64,000 nt of DNA, taken from positions 3,999 to 67,998 of the forward strand of contig JBNARI010000005.1 of assembly GCA_049718765.1 (NCBI GenBank), given 5' to 3'. Below the pieces are notes generated by a model. It was given only the letters and a program-made list of their open reading frames with translations, made no database searches and was not told where the DNA came from. Numbering within the stretch: the first letter of the stretch is position 1; each line of letters opens with the position of its first letter. Below are positions 38,380 to 48,961 of the stretch, one piece after another. A program made the position numbers and the translations under genes. The stretch is from Bacillota bacterium. Its GTDB lineage: Bacteria; Bacillota; Sulfobacillia; DUMF01.

Positions 38380-40038
38380 CTATACCTCTACGATAATGGG
38401 CAGTATCATGGGACGACGCCCTGTCTTTTCGTACAGGAACCTGCTCAAGGTCTCCTTTACCGTTGACTTAATTGCACTCCAGTCTGTCACTTTCCTAGCG
38501 CTGCAAGAAGACAACACCGCGCGCACCCGCTCCTTGGACTCTTCCAGCAGCTCTTCGGACTCTCTCACGTACACGAAACCTCTGGACACTATGTCTGGGC
38601 CTGATATCAGCTGAGACGTTTCGGTGTCGAGGCCAACTACCACGATAACAATGCCGTCCTCTGCAAGCTGCTTCCTGTCCCTCAAAACTACCGTCCCGAC
38701 GTCTCCAACTCCCAAGCCATCCACCAGCACGTTGCCAGCAGTAACCCTACCCGCCAAGCGTGCGTCATTGCTTGTGAGCTCGAGCACGCTGCCGTTTTCA
38801 CCCAGAAAGATGTTCTCTAAGGCAATGCCTACTTCCCTGGCAAGCCTGGCGTGGTGCACCAGGTGCCTGAATTCCCCGTGCACTGGCATGAAGAACCTGG
38901 GCTTAACCATGTTGAGCACCATCTTCAGCTCTTCCTGACTGGCATGGCCTGAAACGTGTACCATCGCGGAGGGCTCGTACACTACGTTGGCCCCCCGCCT
39001 GTACAAGTTGTCTATGGTTCTAGTCACCATGGTTTCGTTACCAGGCACCGGCGTGGCTGCAATGAGCACCACATCTCCAGGCTCGATCCTCACTTTCCTG
39101 TGGTCATCGTTGGCAATCCGCGTAAGTGCCGACATCGGTTCCCCCTGGGAGCCAGTGGTTAGGATTACCACTTTGGACCTGGGCAGCAGGTCAAGCTGGT
39201 CTACGTCCATGAGTAATCCAGGTGGTACCTTCAGGTACCCCAGTTCCATGGCAACTTGAACAACCAGTTCCATACTTCGACCTACCACGCCAACTCTACG
39301 GCCATTGGCAGCAGCAGCGTCGATTGCCTGTTGGATTCGGGGAAGATGGCTGGCAAAGGAAGCCACCAGCACTCGACCCGATGCCTCAGCCATGATTTTG
39401 TTGAGGGTCTTGCCCACCACTTTTTCGGAAGGAGTGTAGCCAGGCTTGTCGGCGTTGGTGCTGTCAGACAAAAGTAGCAACGTTCCCTTGGCCCCAAATT
39501 CAGCCAGCTTGTGGAAATCCGTCACCTGTCCGTCAACTGGTGTCTGGTCAAGCTTGAAGTCGCCCATGTGCACAATGGTACCCACTGGAGTGTGAATGCC
39601 AAGCCCGGCACAATCTGCAGCGCTGTGGTTCACCCTAAAGAATTCCACCTTGAAAGCTCCGCATTTCACACTCTGTCCAACGCCAACCACTCTGGCGTCA
39701 AAGGTACCCCAATCCCCCTGGTCCGCAGTTTTGGCCCTTGCCAGACCCAGGGTCAACCTGGTACCGTACACAGGCACGTCAAGGGATCGAAGCACATGGG
39801 GCAAAGCTCCAATGTGGTCTTCGTGACCATGGGTGAGGAAAATGCCCTTCACCTTGTGTTTGTGTTCCAGCAAGAAAGAAATATCTGGAATCACGAAATC
39901 CACGCCTAGCATTTCTGACTCGGGGAAAGCCAAACCAGCATCAATAACGATTATTTCGTCACCAAACTCAATGGCGGTCATGTTCTTGCCAATTTCGCCC
40001 AAACCGCCCAAGGGAATTACCCTTACCCTTTCCGCCAT
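38380..40038 (-). CDS. rnj: Ribonuclease J
   Basis: Metallo-beta-lactamase motif HGHEDHIG, a beta-CASP domain and the RNase J C-terminal domain; 552 aa. Confidence 0.9.
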   Translation of the reverse strand: MAERVRVIPLGGLGEIGKNMTAIEFGDEIIVIDAGLAFPESEMLGVDFVIPDISFLLEHKHKVKGIFLTHGHEDHIGALPHVLRSLDVPVYGTRLTLGLARAKTADQGDWGTFDARVVGVGQSVKCGAFKVEFFRVNHSAADCAGLGIHTPVGTIVHMGDFKLDQTPVDGQVTDFHKLAEFGAKGTLLLLSDSTNADKPGYTPSEKVVGKTLNKIMAEASGRVLVASFASHLPRIQQAIDAAAANGRRVGVVGRSMELVVQVAMELGYLKVPPGLLMDVDQLDLLPRSKVVILTTGSQGEPMSALTRIANDDHRKVRIEPGDVVLIAATPVPGNETMVTRTIDNLYRRGANVVYEPSAMVHVSGHASQEELKMVLNMVKPRFFMPVHGEFRHLVHHARLAREVGIALENIFLGENGSVLELTSNDARLAGRVTAGNVLVDGLGVGDVGTVVLRDRKQLAEDGIVIVVVGLDTETSQLISGPDIVSRGFVYVRESEELLEESKERVRAVLSSCSARKVTDWSAIKSTVKETLSRFLYEKTGRRPMILPIIVEV

Positions 40039-40320
40039 CCTTTCCTCTCCTATCTAGTTCTACTGATCTCATGTGCGTTCGCTTCTTGCATTGTGCAAGG
40101 CACACCCAGCGCCTGCAGGCGCCAGCCGAGTATTAAGGAATTGCACAATAAGCACGGCTGCCCCACTTGAAGCCTCACTTGTATTGCATACAATCCTTCT
40201 TAGGCTCGGGCATCCACTTTATTATACCGGATTGACACGGAGGGTCGGCTACCTCTACCTTTTGGACCTAGGCACGCAGTCAAAGCGCCCTTCCTGTCAT
40301 AAGACGGCAGGGCATTTGCA

Positions 40321-40360
40321 CACAAAAACTGCCCGTGGGTTTCTTGTCCCTCGGGCAGTT
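40321..40360 (-). terminator. Intrinsic terminator downstream of the stress-protein gene (within the rnj 5' leader region)
   Basis: Inverted repeat aactgcccg/cgggcagtt (9 bp) followed on the minus-strand RNA by UUUUUGUG. Confidence 0.55.
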
Positions 40361-40377
40361 GGCGTTGGGCATCTCTG

Positions 40378-40851
40378 TTAACGGGTCTCTACGTCCTGAG
40401 CTCCATTCCGCCTAAACACGTTTGCAGCGTCGTTCACTTTGTCTGGTGACGATTTCACGACTGCCAGTATATCTCCCTGTTTGACCCTATCCTCGTAGTA
40501 TCGGCCTCTTTCCTCTGGAATTCCCAAGTCGATCAGGCTGCCCGCAATGCCACCCCCAACTGCGCCAGTGATTGCCCCTGCGATCGGCCCCGCTGCAATC
40601 ACCGGTCCAATTCCCGGGATGGCCAAGGCACCGGCTCCAGCCAAAAGCCCAGCAAGCCCTCCAAGCACGCCTCCAGTGTAAGCTCCTTCAGAAAGGTCCT
40701 GTCCTCCTCTGTCCCTGTCGCTGTGCAATCTGTCTTCCCTCGAGACCACGCTTATTTCTTCGCCGGTCAACCCCCTTTTCTGGAGCTCAGTAACTGCCCT
40801 TTCCGCCTGGCTTCGGGAGTTGAACACTCCAATCAAAGTTTGTGCTTCCAC
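40378..40851 (-). CDS. General stress protein, YflT/GsiB-like with glycine-zipper membrane segment (DUF1269-like)
   Basis: N-terminal ...GVFNSRSQAERAVTELQKRGL..., a central Gly-zipper (GGVLGGLAGLLAGAGALAIPGIGPVIAAGPIAGAITGAVGGGIAGSL) and a C-terminal stress-protein-like region. Confidence 0.6.
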   Translation of the reverse strand: MEAQTLIGVFNSRSQAERAVTELQKRGLTGEEISVVSREDRLHSDRDRGGQDLSEGAYTGGVLGGLAGLLAGAGALAIPGIGPVIAAGPIAGAITGAVGGGIAGSLIDLGIPEERGRYYEDRVKQGDILAVVKSSPDKVNDAANVFRRNGAQDVETR

Positions 40852-40917
40852 CTGACGACCTCCCCTGGAATTGTTCTACCTTCAAGGGCTTATTATCCCA
40901 CGCAAGCTGAAGGCATA

Positions 40918-41217
40918 TTAGCGTTTGCCACTGTTACCCGTGGGAACCAGAGGCTGCAAAGCCGCCAGACACAAGGCAAGCACCGCAATTGGATCCACCT
41001 GAGCACCGGCAAGCCAAACTCGTTTGGGCACCTCTAGGTCCAAGAACGAACACAGGGCAGTGAGGGAAATGTAGATGCCGCCGGCCACTGCCACCAATTG
41101 CTTGATTGCGATGGAGTAGGGTGACTCAGCGGCCTCACCCATGAGCTTGGCCTTGGGTAAGCGCAAAATCACCCCCGCCCCTACTGGAACCAGCCACAGC
41201 AACAGACCCAACACCAA
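40918..41217 (-). CDS. Small hypothetical membrane protein (3 predicted TM helices)
   Basis: 99-aa hydrophobic ORF in an intergenic position with no recognisable family. Confidence 0.35.
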   Translation of the reverse strand: MVLGLLLWLVPVGAGVILRLPKAKLMGEAAESPYSIAIKQLVAVAGGIYISLTALCSFLDLEVPKRVWLAGAQVDPIAVLALCLAALQPLVPTGNSGKR

Positions 41218-41282
41218 AATCCCTCCTAAGTAGCGCTTATGCGCCGCCTAGGGGGGATATACCGTCCCGCTAAATCCAGGAC

Positions 41283-41483
41283 CTATTTCTTGCCTTCATC
41301 TGAAAGCCGGGACCTCATGTACCTCACAATGAGCGCGTCAAGCTTTTGGCTAATGTCCAGGGCTGCTTGTACGTTCCACGAGTCGAGTCCGTTCTTGATG
41401 GTACCGTGCAGTCGTTCCCGCAAGTTCTCCATTTCCCATACCAAGACTGTTTCGCTAAAGGACTGGTTCTTTCTCAAGCCCAA
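41283..41483 (-). CDS. Spo0E-family sporulation regulatory protein (aspartyl-phosphate phosphatase-like)
   Basis: 66 aa, helical, with a Spo0E-like SQxLD motif (DISQKLDALIVRYM). Confidence 0.5.
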   Translation of the reverse strand: MGLRKNQSFSETVLVWEMENLRERLHGTIKNGLDSWNVQAALDISQKLDALIVRYMRSRLSDEGKK

Positions 41484-41606
41484 CGCACCTCGGTATTGGC
41501 AATCTTATGTCAGATTCTAACACTTCGTGGCCCCCAAGCCTAGCACTTTCGTTCGGCAGGTTTCGACTTCACGTGCGGGGACATACTAAGCGCCGGAGGT
41601 GCAGCG

Positions 41607-42050
41607 TTGACCAGTCACTTCATTGCAATGTTGGTAGCAGCGTCGAGCGGAGCAGCCATGGCTTTCCAAGGCGCCTTAAACGCTGCACTGGCCAAAAGGC
41701 TTGGCGTGGTGGGCGCTTCGCTCGTGGTGCACGCTGTGGGCTTGGCTACGCTGGTGCCAGCCCAGCTGACAATTGCTGCTGTCCGCAAGACAGCACCTCT
41801 CGGCGATTTCCCATGGTACCTCTCATTGGGCGGGGTAGTGGGCGCCTTCTTAATTGCAGCGGTGGCCTTTGCAGTGTCTAGCGCTGGCACCGTTGCAGCA
41901 ACCACCGGCATAGTCACTGCTCAAGTGTTGACAGCTGCAGCTCTGAGCCATTTCGGCTTACTTGGGCTAAAGCAGGTGCCTTTTACTGGGTTCAAGCTCG
42001 TTGGGGTAGCACTCATTGCCGCTGGCACTTGGATAGTGCTTCGAAACTGA
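41607..42050 (+). CDS. DMT-superfamily small membrane transporter (DUF606/YdcZ-like)
   Basis: 147 aa with 4-5 TM helices and an Ala/Gly-rich composition typical of DUF606. Confidence 0.55.
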   Translation: MTSHFIAMLVAASSGAAMAFQGALNAALAKRLGVVGASLVVHAVGLATLVPAQLTIAAVRKTAPLGDFPWYLSLGGVVGAFLIAAVAFAVSSAGTVAATTGIVTAQVLTAAALSHFGLLGLKQVPFTGFKLVGVALIAAGTWIVLRN

Positions 42051-42051
42051 A

Positions 42052-42408
42052 TCACTCCCCCACATATCCCTGCTTTTGGGACAGGCCCAATTGCCTCCTG
42101 AAGTTTTCGGCGTTTTTTTCAACGTAGGCCTGGTAAATCTCGTCAGGCTCCACTCCAAGGGCAAGACACAGGCTCAAGAAGAAATGCAACACGTCGGCAA
42201 GCTCGTCAAGTACCCGTTCCTTAGAGACTTCGGTTTTGCGCTTCCACCACTTGTATCCGGTTTCGTCCAGCAACTCCATCACTTCGTGCATCAAGGCCAG
42301 AGCGTTCTTCTCCACCCACACGTCCTTGGGGAAGTCCAACCCCCATTTCTCTCGGATCATCTGGTTGAGCTGCTCCTGCAGTTTGAACATGTGGTTTAGT
42401 CTGTCCAC
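42052..42408 (-). CDS. Dimeric dUTPase / MazG-like nucleotide pyrophosphohydrolase (all-alpha NTP-PPase)
   Basis: Motifs LALMHEVMELLDETGYKWWK and DELADVLHFFLSL, characteristic of the dimeric dUTPase/DUF550 family. Confidence 0.7.
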   Translation of the reverse strand: MDRLNHMFKLQEQLNQMIREKWGLDFPKDVWVEKNALALMHEVMELLDETGYKWWKRKTEVSKERVLDELADVLHFFLSLCLALGVEPDEIYQAYVEKNAENFRRQLGLSQKQGYVGE

Positions 42409-43660
42409 CTAAATCCCACCCTCACCACCGTTACCATCCACCGGCCCAATGGCCGCCAGTGCGAGCCTGCCGTTGCCGAAAAGCATTCCAGCTACCCGTC
42501 GCACATCTTCCAGGGTTACGCTCTCCAACCGGCGGATTACTTCCTCAATCCCCACAACCCTGCCTAATGCCAGCTCAGACCTACCAAGCCTGATCATTCG
42601 CGAACTGGTGCTTTCCAGGGCCAGCACCACGCTGCCTTTAGCCTGGCTTTTGGCATGCCTTAGCTCTTCCCAGCTGATGCCGTCCGAAGCGATCGTTCTG
42701 AGGTGTTTCAGTACGAGTTCTACAACGTACGCAGCGTTCTTAGGACTGACGCCTGCATACACCCCAAACAGGCCCGCATCTGAAAAGGAAGCCTGATAGG
42801 AATAAATGGAATATGCCAAGCCCTTTTCTTCTCGGATCTCTTGGAACAGCCTAGAACTTGCGCCGCCCCCCAACGCGGAGCTTATCACGTGAAGTACGTA
42901 GCTCTCCGGATGCTCCACGGGGAAGCCAGGAGCGCCAAGACAAATGTGTACCTGTTCCGTTTGCTTCGTCTTCACTTTCCTCTCTAGTCGGGTCACTGGG
43001 GGATCAAAGGTCCTTGGGCGTCTGCCCGTAGGCTTCCAATCCCCAAAGTACCTGTGAACCAGTTCTATCACTTGCTCGTGAGTTGTGTTTCCGGCCACCG
43101 CAAGCACAGCGTTGTCAGGCGCATATGTAGCGCTATAGTAGTCCAGAATCTGGTTTCGGCCAATGGCCGTGATAGTGTCCCGTTCTCCAAGCACGCTTCT
43201 GCCAAGCGGATGGTCTGCCCAGCACGCCTCAAGCAAGAGGTCATGCACCTGCTCGTCGGGGGTGTCCTCGTACATGGCTATCTCCTCAAGGATAACTCCT
43301 CTTTCCATTTCAATGTGCTCAGGCTTGAACGTTGGCTCCATAAGCATGTCGGCAAGCACGTCGAAAGCAATGGGCAAATGCTCATCCAACACCTTGGCGT
43401 AAAAGCAAGTGCTTTCCTTGGTGGTAAAAGCGTTGAGCTGCCCCCCCAACGCTTTCCACCTCAAGGGCAATTTGACGGGCCGATCGCCGTCGCGTCCCCT
43501 TGAATAAAAGGTGCTCAATGAAGTGAGTTATCCCGCCCAACCCTTCGGGTTCGTGGCGGGATCCAGCACCCACCCATATTCCAACTGAAACAGATCTAAC
43601 GAACGGTATGCTTTCGGTGACAACTCGCATACCGCCAGGCCCAATCTCCTTGGTTACCAA
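42409..43660 (-). pseudogene. M16-family zinc peptidase (YmxG/MlpA-like) interrupted by a +1 frameshift at a C7/G7 homopolymer
   Basis: The N-terminal fragment (HFIEHLLFKGT...ESVGG) and the C-terminal fragment (QLNAFTTKESTCFYAKVLDEH...) lie in different frames. The junction maps exactly to the poly-C tract at 43441..43447, and six rather than seven C would restore ...ESVGGQLNAFT.... Confidence 0.8.
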
Positions 43661-44502
43661 AGCTTCGCCTCCCTGGCGCGTTTCAACGCCTGTAAGTTCT
43701 TGTGGTTCGACGTGTGGTCGTCAACAGGTGTTTCCAGTATAAAGGGCACGTCCCGTAGCTCGGGCCAGTGAAGCAGTATGCTGAAGGCCGCCAGGCCGAT
43801 CTTGCCTTCCCCAATGTGCTGGTGCCTGTCAAGCCTCGAACCCAGCTCGCCCACAGAGTCGTTGGCATGGACCAGCTTGAGTCCGGCAATCCCCACAGCA
43901 CTGTCTATTTCGCCTAGAAGCCGCTCCACACCTTCGGGGTTCCTGATCTCGTATCCAGCAGCGAACGCGTGACACGTGTCTAGGCATGCACCAACGCTAT
44001 AGGAGGTAAGCTCTACCACCTTTGAGATCTCGTCCCAGCGGAAGCCAAGCTCGGCCCCCTGACCTGCACTGTTCTCAAGCAACAGCATCACTTGGCCAAC
44101 GTCTCCTGCCTGGTCGAAGGCAGCCTGAACCGCCCGGGCTATCCTCCTGTATGAGTCATTCCCCGATGGCCCATGGCCTATGTGGGTAACCACGTAGGCT
44201 GCTCCGAGCTCCTTTGCCCTCACCAGATCCAGGGCAAGGGTCTCAACAGAGTAACCCCGGGTGCGGTCGTCCTCAGACGCAAGGTTCACGAAATAAGGCA
44301 CATGCACCACAAGAGGGCCAACAGAGCTAGAGCTCAGGATGTGGCCCATTTGCTCCACGTCAGAAGGTTCCAGGGATCTCGGTTTGCCTCCCCTGGGACT
44401 CCTTGAGAACACCTGTACTGTCTCGCAGCCCAAAGCCACGGCCTCCCTGGCCATTGCTGCGAACCCCTTGCCAATGGACAAATGGGCACCAACCTTGCTC
44501 AT
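43654..44502 (-). CDS. nfo: Endonuclease IV (deoxyribonuclease IV)
   Basis: TIM-barrel AP-endonuclease family 2 motifs ([18 protein letters not shown]); 282 aa. Confidence 0.85.
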   Translation of the reverse strand: MSKVGAHLSIGKGFAAMAREAVALGCETVQVFSRSPRGGKPRSLEPSDVEQMGHILSSSSVGPLVVHVPYFVNLASEDDRTRGYSVETLALDLVRAKELGAAYVVTHIGHGPSGNDSYRRIARAVQAAFDQAGDVGQVMLLLENSAGQGAELGFRWDEISKVVELTSYSVGACLDTCHAFAAGYEIRNPEGVERLLGEIDSAVGIAGLKLVHANDSVGELGSRLDRHQHIGEGKIGLAAFSILLHWPELRDVPFILETPVDDHTSNHKNLQALKRAREAKLW

Positions 44503-46670
44503 CTCTTCTTGCCTTCGCTCCTGTAGTCGTGGGGCCGCTTGGGCGAAGCCTCCTCTGTAGCGCGCTTCCTGGAAAGATTGATCCGGCCCATGTTGTCTAT
44601 CTCTATCACCTTCACCAAGGTCTCGTCGCCAACGTTGAGCACATCTTCAACCCGCCTTACTCGTTCCGAGGAAAGTTCCGAAAGCCTCACCAGGCCTTCT
44701 TTCCCTGGCAAGATCTCCACGAATGCTCCAAAGTTGGTTATCCTGGTCACCTTGCCAAGGAACACATCTCCTACTGAGATCTCTTTGGTGAGCGCAGCTA
44801 TCATCTTGGTAGCTTTCTGAGCTCCCTCTGAATCGTTGCTGGCAATATAGATCGTGCCGTCTGGCTGAATGTCTATCTTCGTGGATGTCTCGGCAATGAT
44901 CTTGTTGATCATCTTGCCGCCCGGACCAATCACCTCGCGGATCTTCTCCGGGTCTATTTGCATAACCACAATCCTGGGCGCCCATCGAGAGAGCTCAGGC
45001 CTGGGCTCAGGGATTGCTTCTCTCATCTTGTCCAATATGAACAGCCTGGCCTCCCTGGCCTGCTTTAGAGCTCTTTCCAGAATTCCAGCATCCACTCCAG
45101 GAATCTTGATGTCCATTTGAAGTGCAGTTATACCTTCCCTCGTGCCTGCAACTTTGAAGTCCATGTCACCAAGTGCGTCTTCCATTCCTTGAATGTCAGT
45201 TAGCACCTCTATGTGGTTGCCTTCCTTAATAAGCCCCATGGCAATGCCAGCCACTGGCGCCCTGATTGGCACGCCAGCATCCATAAGGGCAAGGGTACTG
45301 CCGCACACTGAAGCCATGGACGTTGAGCCGTTGGACTCTAGCACGTCTGACACAACCCTGATGGTGTAAGGGAAACTGGACTCGGGGGGTATAACCGGAA
45401 GCAAGGCGCGCTCCGCCAGGGCGCCATGACCGATCTCCCGCCTGCCAGGTCCCCTGAGAGTACGCACTTCGCCCACTGTGAAAGGCGGCATGTTGTAATG
45501 GTGGATATAGCGCTTGTACTCCTCCACGTACACGGTATCAAGCTCCTGCACTTCGGAGAAGGCCCCCAAGGTAGCAACGCTCAGCACTTGGGTTTGGCCC
45601 CTAGTGAACAGCGCAGACCCGTGAGTCCTAGCCAGGACCCCAACTTCGCAATGGATTGGGCGTATCTGCTCTGGGGAGCGACCATCAGGCCTGACTTTAT
45701 CCTTTATTATTGCCGTCCTGACAAGGGACTTTAGCACAGATTTCAGGGCTGCCAGGGTCTCTAACTCCTTCTCTGGGAACCTTTCTGCCATAACTTCCAG
45801 GGTGCGTTTCTCGATCTCATCTATCGCCGCCTCCCGCGCCAGCTTGTCAGGGGCTTTGAGCGCCTGGGCCAGGGGCTCTTCCGCAAACTGCTTCACCGCA
45901 TCGTATAGTTCTGGCGGCACCTCGAACACTGGGAACTTGGCCTTGGGCTTTCCCACTGCCGCCTGGATCTGCTCTTGGAACTCCACCAGGCGCTTAATTT
46001 CCTCGTGGCCCAGCATGATGGCTTCGATCATGGTGGACTCGGGCACTTGGTCAGCGCCAGCTTCTACCATTAACACTGCATTTTTGGTGCCAGCAACGGT
46101 CAACTTGAGCTGGCTCTTAGCCGCCTGCTCCTGGGTTGGGTTGACCACAAGCTTCCCGTCAACCAACCCAACCTCCACCGCGCCGATGGGCCCGCCGAAA
46201 GGAATTTCTGAGATGGCCAACGCGGTTGAAGCGCCGAGGATACCTGCAATTTCTGGTGGGTTATCATGGTCCACAGAAAGTATGGTGATAATGATCTGTA
46301 CGTCGTTCCTGAAACCTTCAGGAAACAGGGGTCGCAGGGGCCTGTCAGTGAGGCGCGCCATAAGTATGGCCTTTTCAGGAGGGCGCCCCTCCCTGCGGGT
46401 CCAGCTTCCTGGAATCCGCCCCACAGCGTACAGCCTTTCCTCCACGTCCACCGTCAGCGGAAAGAAATCTACTCCCTCTCGGGGCTCCGGAGCACAACAA
46501 CACGTCACAAGCACATTTGTGTCCCCATACCGCACCAATGCGGCACCGGCAGCCTGTTTGGCCATCTTGCCCACTTCAATCACAAGCCTGCGACCGCTCA
46601 GCGGGTACTCGAAAGTGCGGTACCCTGGGAACAGCAAAGCCGAACTACCACCCGAACTTAGCAGGTTCAC
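44499..46670 (-). CDS. pnp: Polynucleotide phosphorylase
   Basis: Two RNase PH domains, KH and S1 domains. The start is approximate: a GTG with an AGGAGG RBS downstream of the rpsO terminator. The track ORF start at 46730 lies inside the terminator hairpin. Confidence 0.9.
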   Translation of the reverse strand: MNLLSSGGSSALLFPGYRTFEYPLSGRRLVIEVGKMAKQAAGAALVRYGDTNVLVTCCCAPEPREGVDFFPLTVDVEERLYAVGRIPGSWTRREGRPPEKAILMARLTDRPLRPLFPEGFRNDVQIIITILSVDHDNPPEIAGILGASTALAISEIPFGGPIGAVEVGLVDGKLVVNPTQEQAAKSQLKLTVAGTKNAVLMVEAGADQVPESTMIEAIMLGHEEIKRLVEFQEQIQAAVGKPKAKFPVFEVPPELYDAVKQFAEEPLAQALKAPDKLAREAAIDEIEKRTLEVMAERFPEKELETLAALKSVLKSLVRTAIIKDKVRPDGRSPEQIRPIHCEVGVLARTHGSALFTRGQTQVLSVATLGAFSEVQELDTVYVEEYKRYIHHYNMPPFTVGEVRTLRGPGRREIGHGALAERALLPVIPPESSFPYTIRVVSDVLESNGSTSMASVCGSTLALMDAGVPIRAPVAGIAMGLIKEGNHIEVLTDIQGMEDALGDMDFKVAGTREGITALQMDIKIPGVDAGILERALKQAREARLFILDKMREAIPEPRPELSRWAPRIVVMQIDPEKIREVIGPGGKMINKIIAETSTKIDIQPDGTIYIASNDSEGAQKATKMIAALTKEISVGDVFLGKVTRITNFGAFVEILPGKEGLVRLSELSSERVRRVEDVLNVGDETLVKVIEIDNMGRINLSRKRATEEASPKRPHDYRSEGKKR

Positions 46671-46700
46671 TACGAGACTCCCTCCTGACCCCCATCTGGC

Positions 46701-46724
46701 AAAACGCGCTCCTCTCGGGAGCGC
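46701..46724 (-). terminator. rpsO intrinsic terminator / pnp leader hairpin
   Basis: 7-bp stem gcgctcc/ggagcgc with a 5-nt loop, followed by GUUUUGCC on the minus-strand RNA, 19 nt after the rpsO stop. Confidence 0.6.
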
Positions 46725-46742
46725 TTCCATTTCAACCTGTTG

Positions 46743-47006
46743 CTACTTGCGCAATCCAAGCCTTTCCACCACCTGAGCGTAACGCTCGGGTTCAGTCCTC
46801 TCCAGGTATTGGAGCAGCGCGCGTCTGTGGCCCACCATCTTAAGCAATCCCCTTCTGGAATGGAAATCCTTCCTGTGTACCTTAAGGTGTTCAGTTAGCT
46901 GCTCAATGCGCGCCGTAAGTAAAGCTATCTGCACCTCGGGCGACCCAGTGTCTTGAGGATGCCTCTGAAAGGACTGTATGATTTCCTTCTTGTTGGCAAC
47001 TGCCAA
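46743..47006 (-). CDS. rpsO: 30S ribosomal protein S15
   Basis: 87 aa with highly conserved S15 sequence (...[42 protein letters not shown]...). Confidence 0.95.
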   Translation of the reverse strand: MAVANKKEIIQSFQRHPQDTGSPEVQIALLTARIEQLTEHLKVHRKDFHSRRGLLKMVGHRRALLQYLERTEPERYAQVVERLGLRK

Positions 47007-47138
47007 GTGCTACACCTCCATACGTTATTTATTCTACTCGCTTGCCAAGAAAGTCGTTGGAGGCACTCGGCTTTCCTCGCAAGCGTTGTCACTGCTTGAT
47101 TCTACCATACGGGACTTGCGGTGTGAACAGCAACAACT

Positions 47139-48068
47139 TTAGCTCGAGCTGGAATAAAGCTTGTTGACCACAGCTATGTCGTGCTGAATTTGCCTTGCCA
47201 GAGCCCCAGCGTCGGCAAAAGCACGTTGCGGTCTCAGCCACTTCTTGAAACGCACTTCCACTGGAGTCCCGTAAAGCCAACCAGAGAAGCCGAGCACATG
47301 CACCTCCAGCAGTTCTGCGTTGGACCTAAACGTTGGCCTGGGTCCAAAGTTGGCCACCCCCAGCCATTTTCCTCCACTGACCATCACTTCCACCGCATAA
47401 ACGCCCCTGCGGGGCATAGTGATACCCTCAGGCCATATTAGGTTGGCTGTTGGGAAACCAATGGTCCTGCCCCTGCCGTCTCCCTCTTCGACCCTAGCTT
47501 CAACGCTAAAGGGCCTTCCAAGAAACTTTTCCGCACAATCCATTTGCCCACGCTTTATCAAATCCCTCACCAAACTGCTGGACACCACTTGCCCGTCAGC
47601 CACTACGGGCTCAACAACGTGAACTGAGATGCCTTTGGAGGAGCACAGCCTCATCAAGTCTCTGGCTGTGCCCGCAGCCCCACACCCAAAGGTGAAATTG
47701 AATCCAACAAACACTGCTGCTGCATTGAGCTCCCCTGCCACAACTTGGTCCACAAACCCTTCTGGGGTCATGCTCCCAAGCTGCTGGTCGAATTCCCTCA
47801 CGCACACCAAGTCAACCCCCAGGCCCCTCAAGAGCTCTACCCTTTTCTCCAGAGTGGTTATCCTCTCCACCTTACGCTTTGGACTAAGCACTTCCAGAGG
47901 GTGGGGGTCGAAGGTGAGCACCAAGCTCTTTAGGCGCTGCTGCCGGGAGTACTCCACCAGCCGCCTGATGATCTCTTGGTGACCAACATGCACCCCGTCA
48001 AAGAAACCTATTGCCAACGCACATTCAGCCCCGGCCGCAACCACCTGCACACCTCCGCACAGCTTCAT
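47139..48068 (-). CDS. ribF: Bifunctional riboflavin kinase / FAD synthetase
   Basis: FAD synthetase N-domain (GFFDGVHVGH) and riboflavin kinase C-domain (GRTIGFPTANL). The start was moved to MKLCGG, which removes the overlap with truB. Confidence 0.9.
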   Translation of the reverse strand: MKLCGGVQVVAAGAECALAIGFFDGVHVGHQEIIRRLVEYSRQQRLKSLVLTFDPHPLEVLSPKRKVERITTLEKRVELLRGLGVDLVCVREFDQQLGSMTPEGFVDQVVAGELNAAAVFVGFNFTFGCGAAGTARDLMRLCSSKGISVHVVEPVVADGQVVSSSLVRDLIKRGQMDCAEKFLGRPFSVEARVEEGDGRGRTIGFPTANLIWPEGITMPRRGVYAVEVMVSGGKWLGVANFGPRPTFRSNAELLEVHVLGFSGWLYGTPVEVRFKKWLRPQRAFADAGALARQIQHDIAVVNKLYSSSS

Positions 48069-48961
48069 GATAGTACCTTTTCCACTCGAATCATTCCCTT
48101 GCAGACAACTCCAATGGCGAATACCTCGCCACCCTCCCCGCACAGCAGCACACTGGTCCCATCAGGGAAGTCAACCCGGGCGCGCGGCGAGTTGCCGTTC
48201 CGGACCCTCCTGGTGTCGTCAGCGTGCAAAAGCACCCGTGGCATGTATTGTAGGGCCGAGTCAATGCCCACCAGGTAACCCCTGAGGCCAGTGCCAGGAA
48301 GGCAGGCTTCAAGCTCTTCTAATGGCACCGACTGGTCCACGTGGAAGTCACCCACAGCCACCCGTACCAGGAACGACACAAACCCACCGCATCCAAGCTC
48401 CTCTCCAAGGTCGCGGCACAGGCTTCGCACGTAAGTGCCACTGGAACATCGAATCTGAAAAACCCCTCTGGCAAAACGGCCTGGAAGGAAACTGAGCAGT
48501 TGGAACTGATCCACCCTTACCAAGCGCGTAGGCAACTCAGCCTGCTGGCCCCTGCGAGCAAGGCGGTACGACCTTTCCCCTTCAACAGAAACCGCACTGA
48601 AAACTGGGGGCTTTTGTGAGAAGACCCCCCTGAAGAGTCCCAGTTTTTCCTGTACGTGCTCCTCAGTCAAGCCTTCTGCCCCAGGTGCATACAGCACCTT
48701 CCCCTTCACGTCATCGGTGTCGGTGCGCGCCCCAAAGGTAAACTCAGCGCGGTAAACCTTGTCCAAGTTGCTCACATAATCTGCCAGCCTCGTAGCACGC
48801 CCAAGGCACAAAACGAGCACCCCTGTTGCCGCTGGGTCCAGGGTGCCCGTATGCCCGACTTTGGTACCAGGAGGCGCAAGCTTGCGCACCTTAGCAACGA
48901 CCTGGTGTGAGGTAAGTCCCACTGGTTTGAGCACGTTTATGAACCCGCTGAGTCCTTTCAT
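48065..48961 (-). CDS. truB: tRNA pseudouridine(55) synthase
   Basis: Catalytic motif GHTGTLDPAATGVL and a PUA-like C-terminus. Confidence 0.9.
   Translation of the reverse strand: MKGLSGFINVLKPVGLTSHQVVAKVRKLAPPGTKVGHTGTLDPAATGVLVLCLGRATRLADYVSNLDKVYRAEFTFGARTDTDDVKGKVLYAPGAEGLTEEHVQEKLGLFRGVFSQKPPVFSAVSVEGERSYRLARRGQQAELPTRLVRVDQFQLLSFLPGRFARGVFQIRCSSGTYVRSLCRDLGEELGCGGFVSFLVRVAVGDFHVDQSVPLEELEACLPGTGLRGYLVGIDSALQYMPRVLLHADDTRRVRNGNSPRARVDFPDGTSVLLCGEGGEVFAIGVVCKGMIRVEKVLS

Noticed and set aside
40073-40381. 102-aa plus-strand ORF in the rnj leader
   Set aside because: It has no RBS and overlaps a terminator hairpin and palindromes that are better explained as RNA structure on the opposite strand.
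46671-46730. Annotated ATG start of pnp at 46730
   Set aside because: That codon lies inside the rpsO terminator hairpin, and the encoded N-terminal 20 aa are unlike PNPase. A downstream GTG with an AGGAGG RBS fits better.
45802-46776. 324-aa plus-strand ORF, rich in Ser/Ala/Thr
   Set aside because: It is entirely antisense to pnp, has low-complexity composition, no RBS and no homology pattern. This is a typical spurious ORF in GC-rich DNA.
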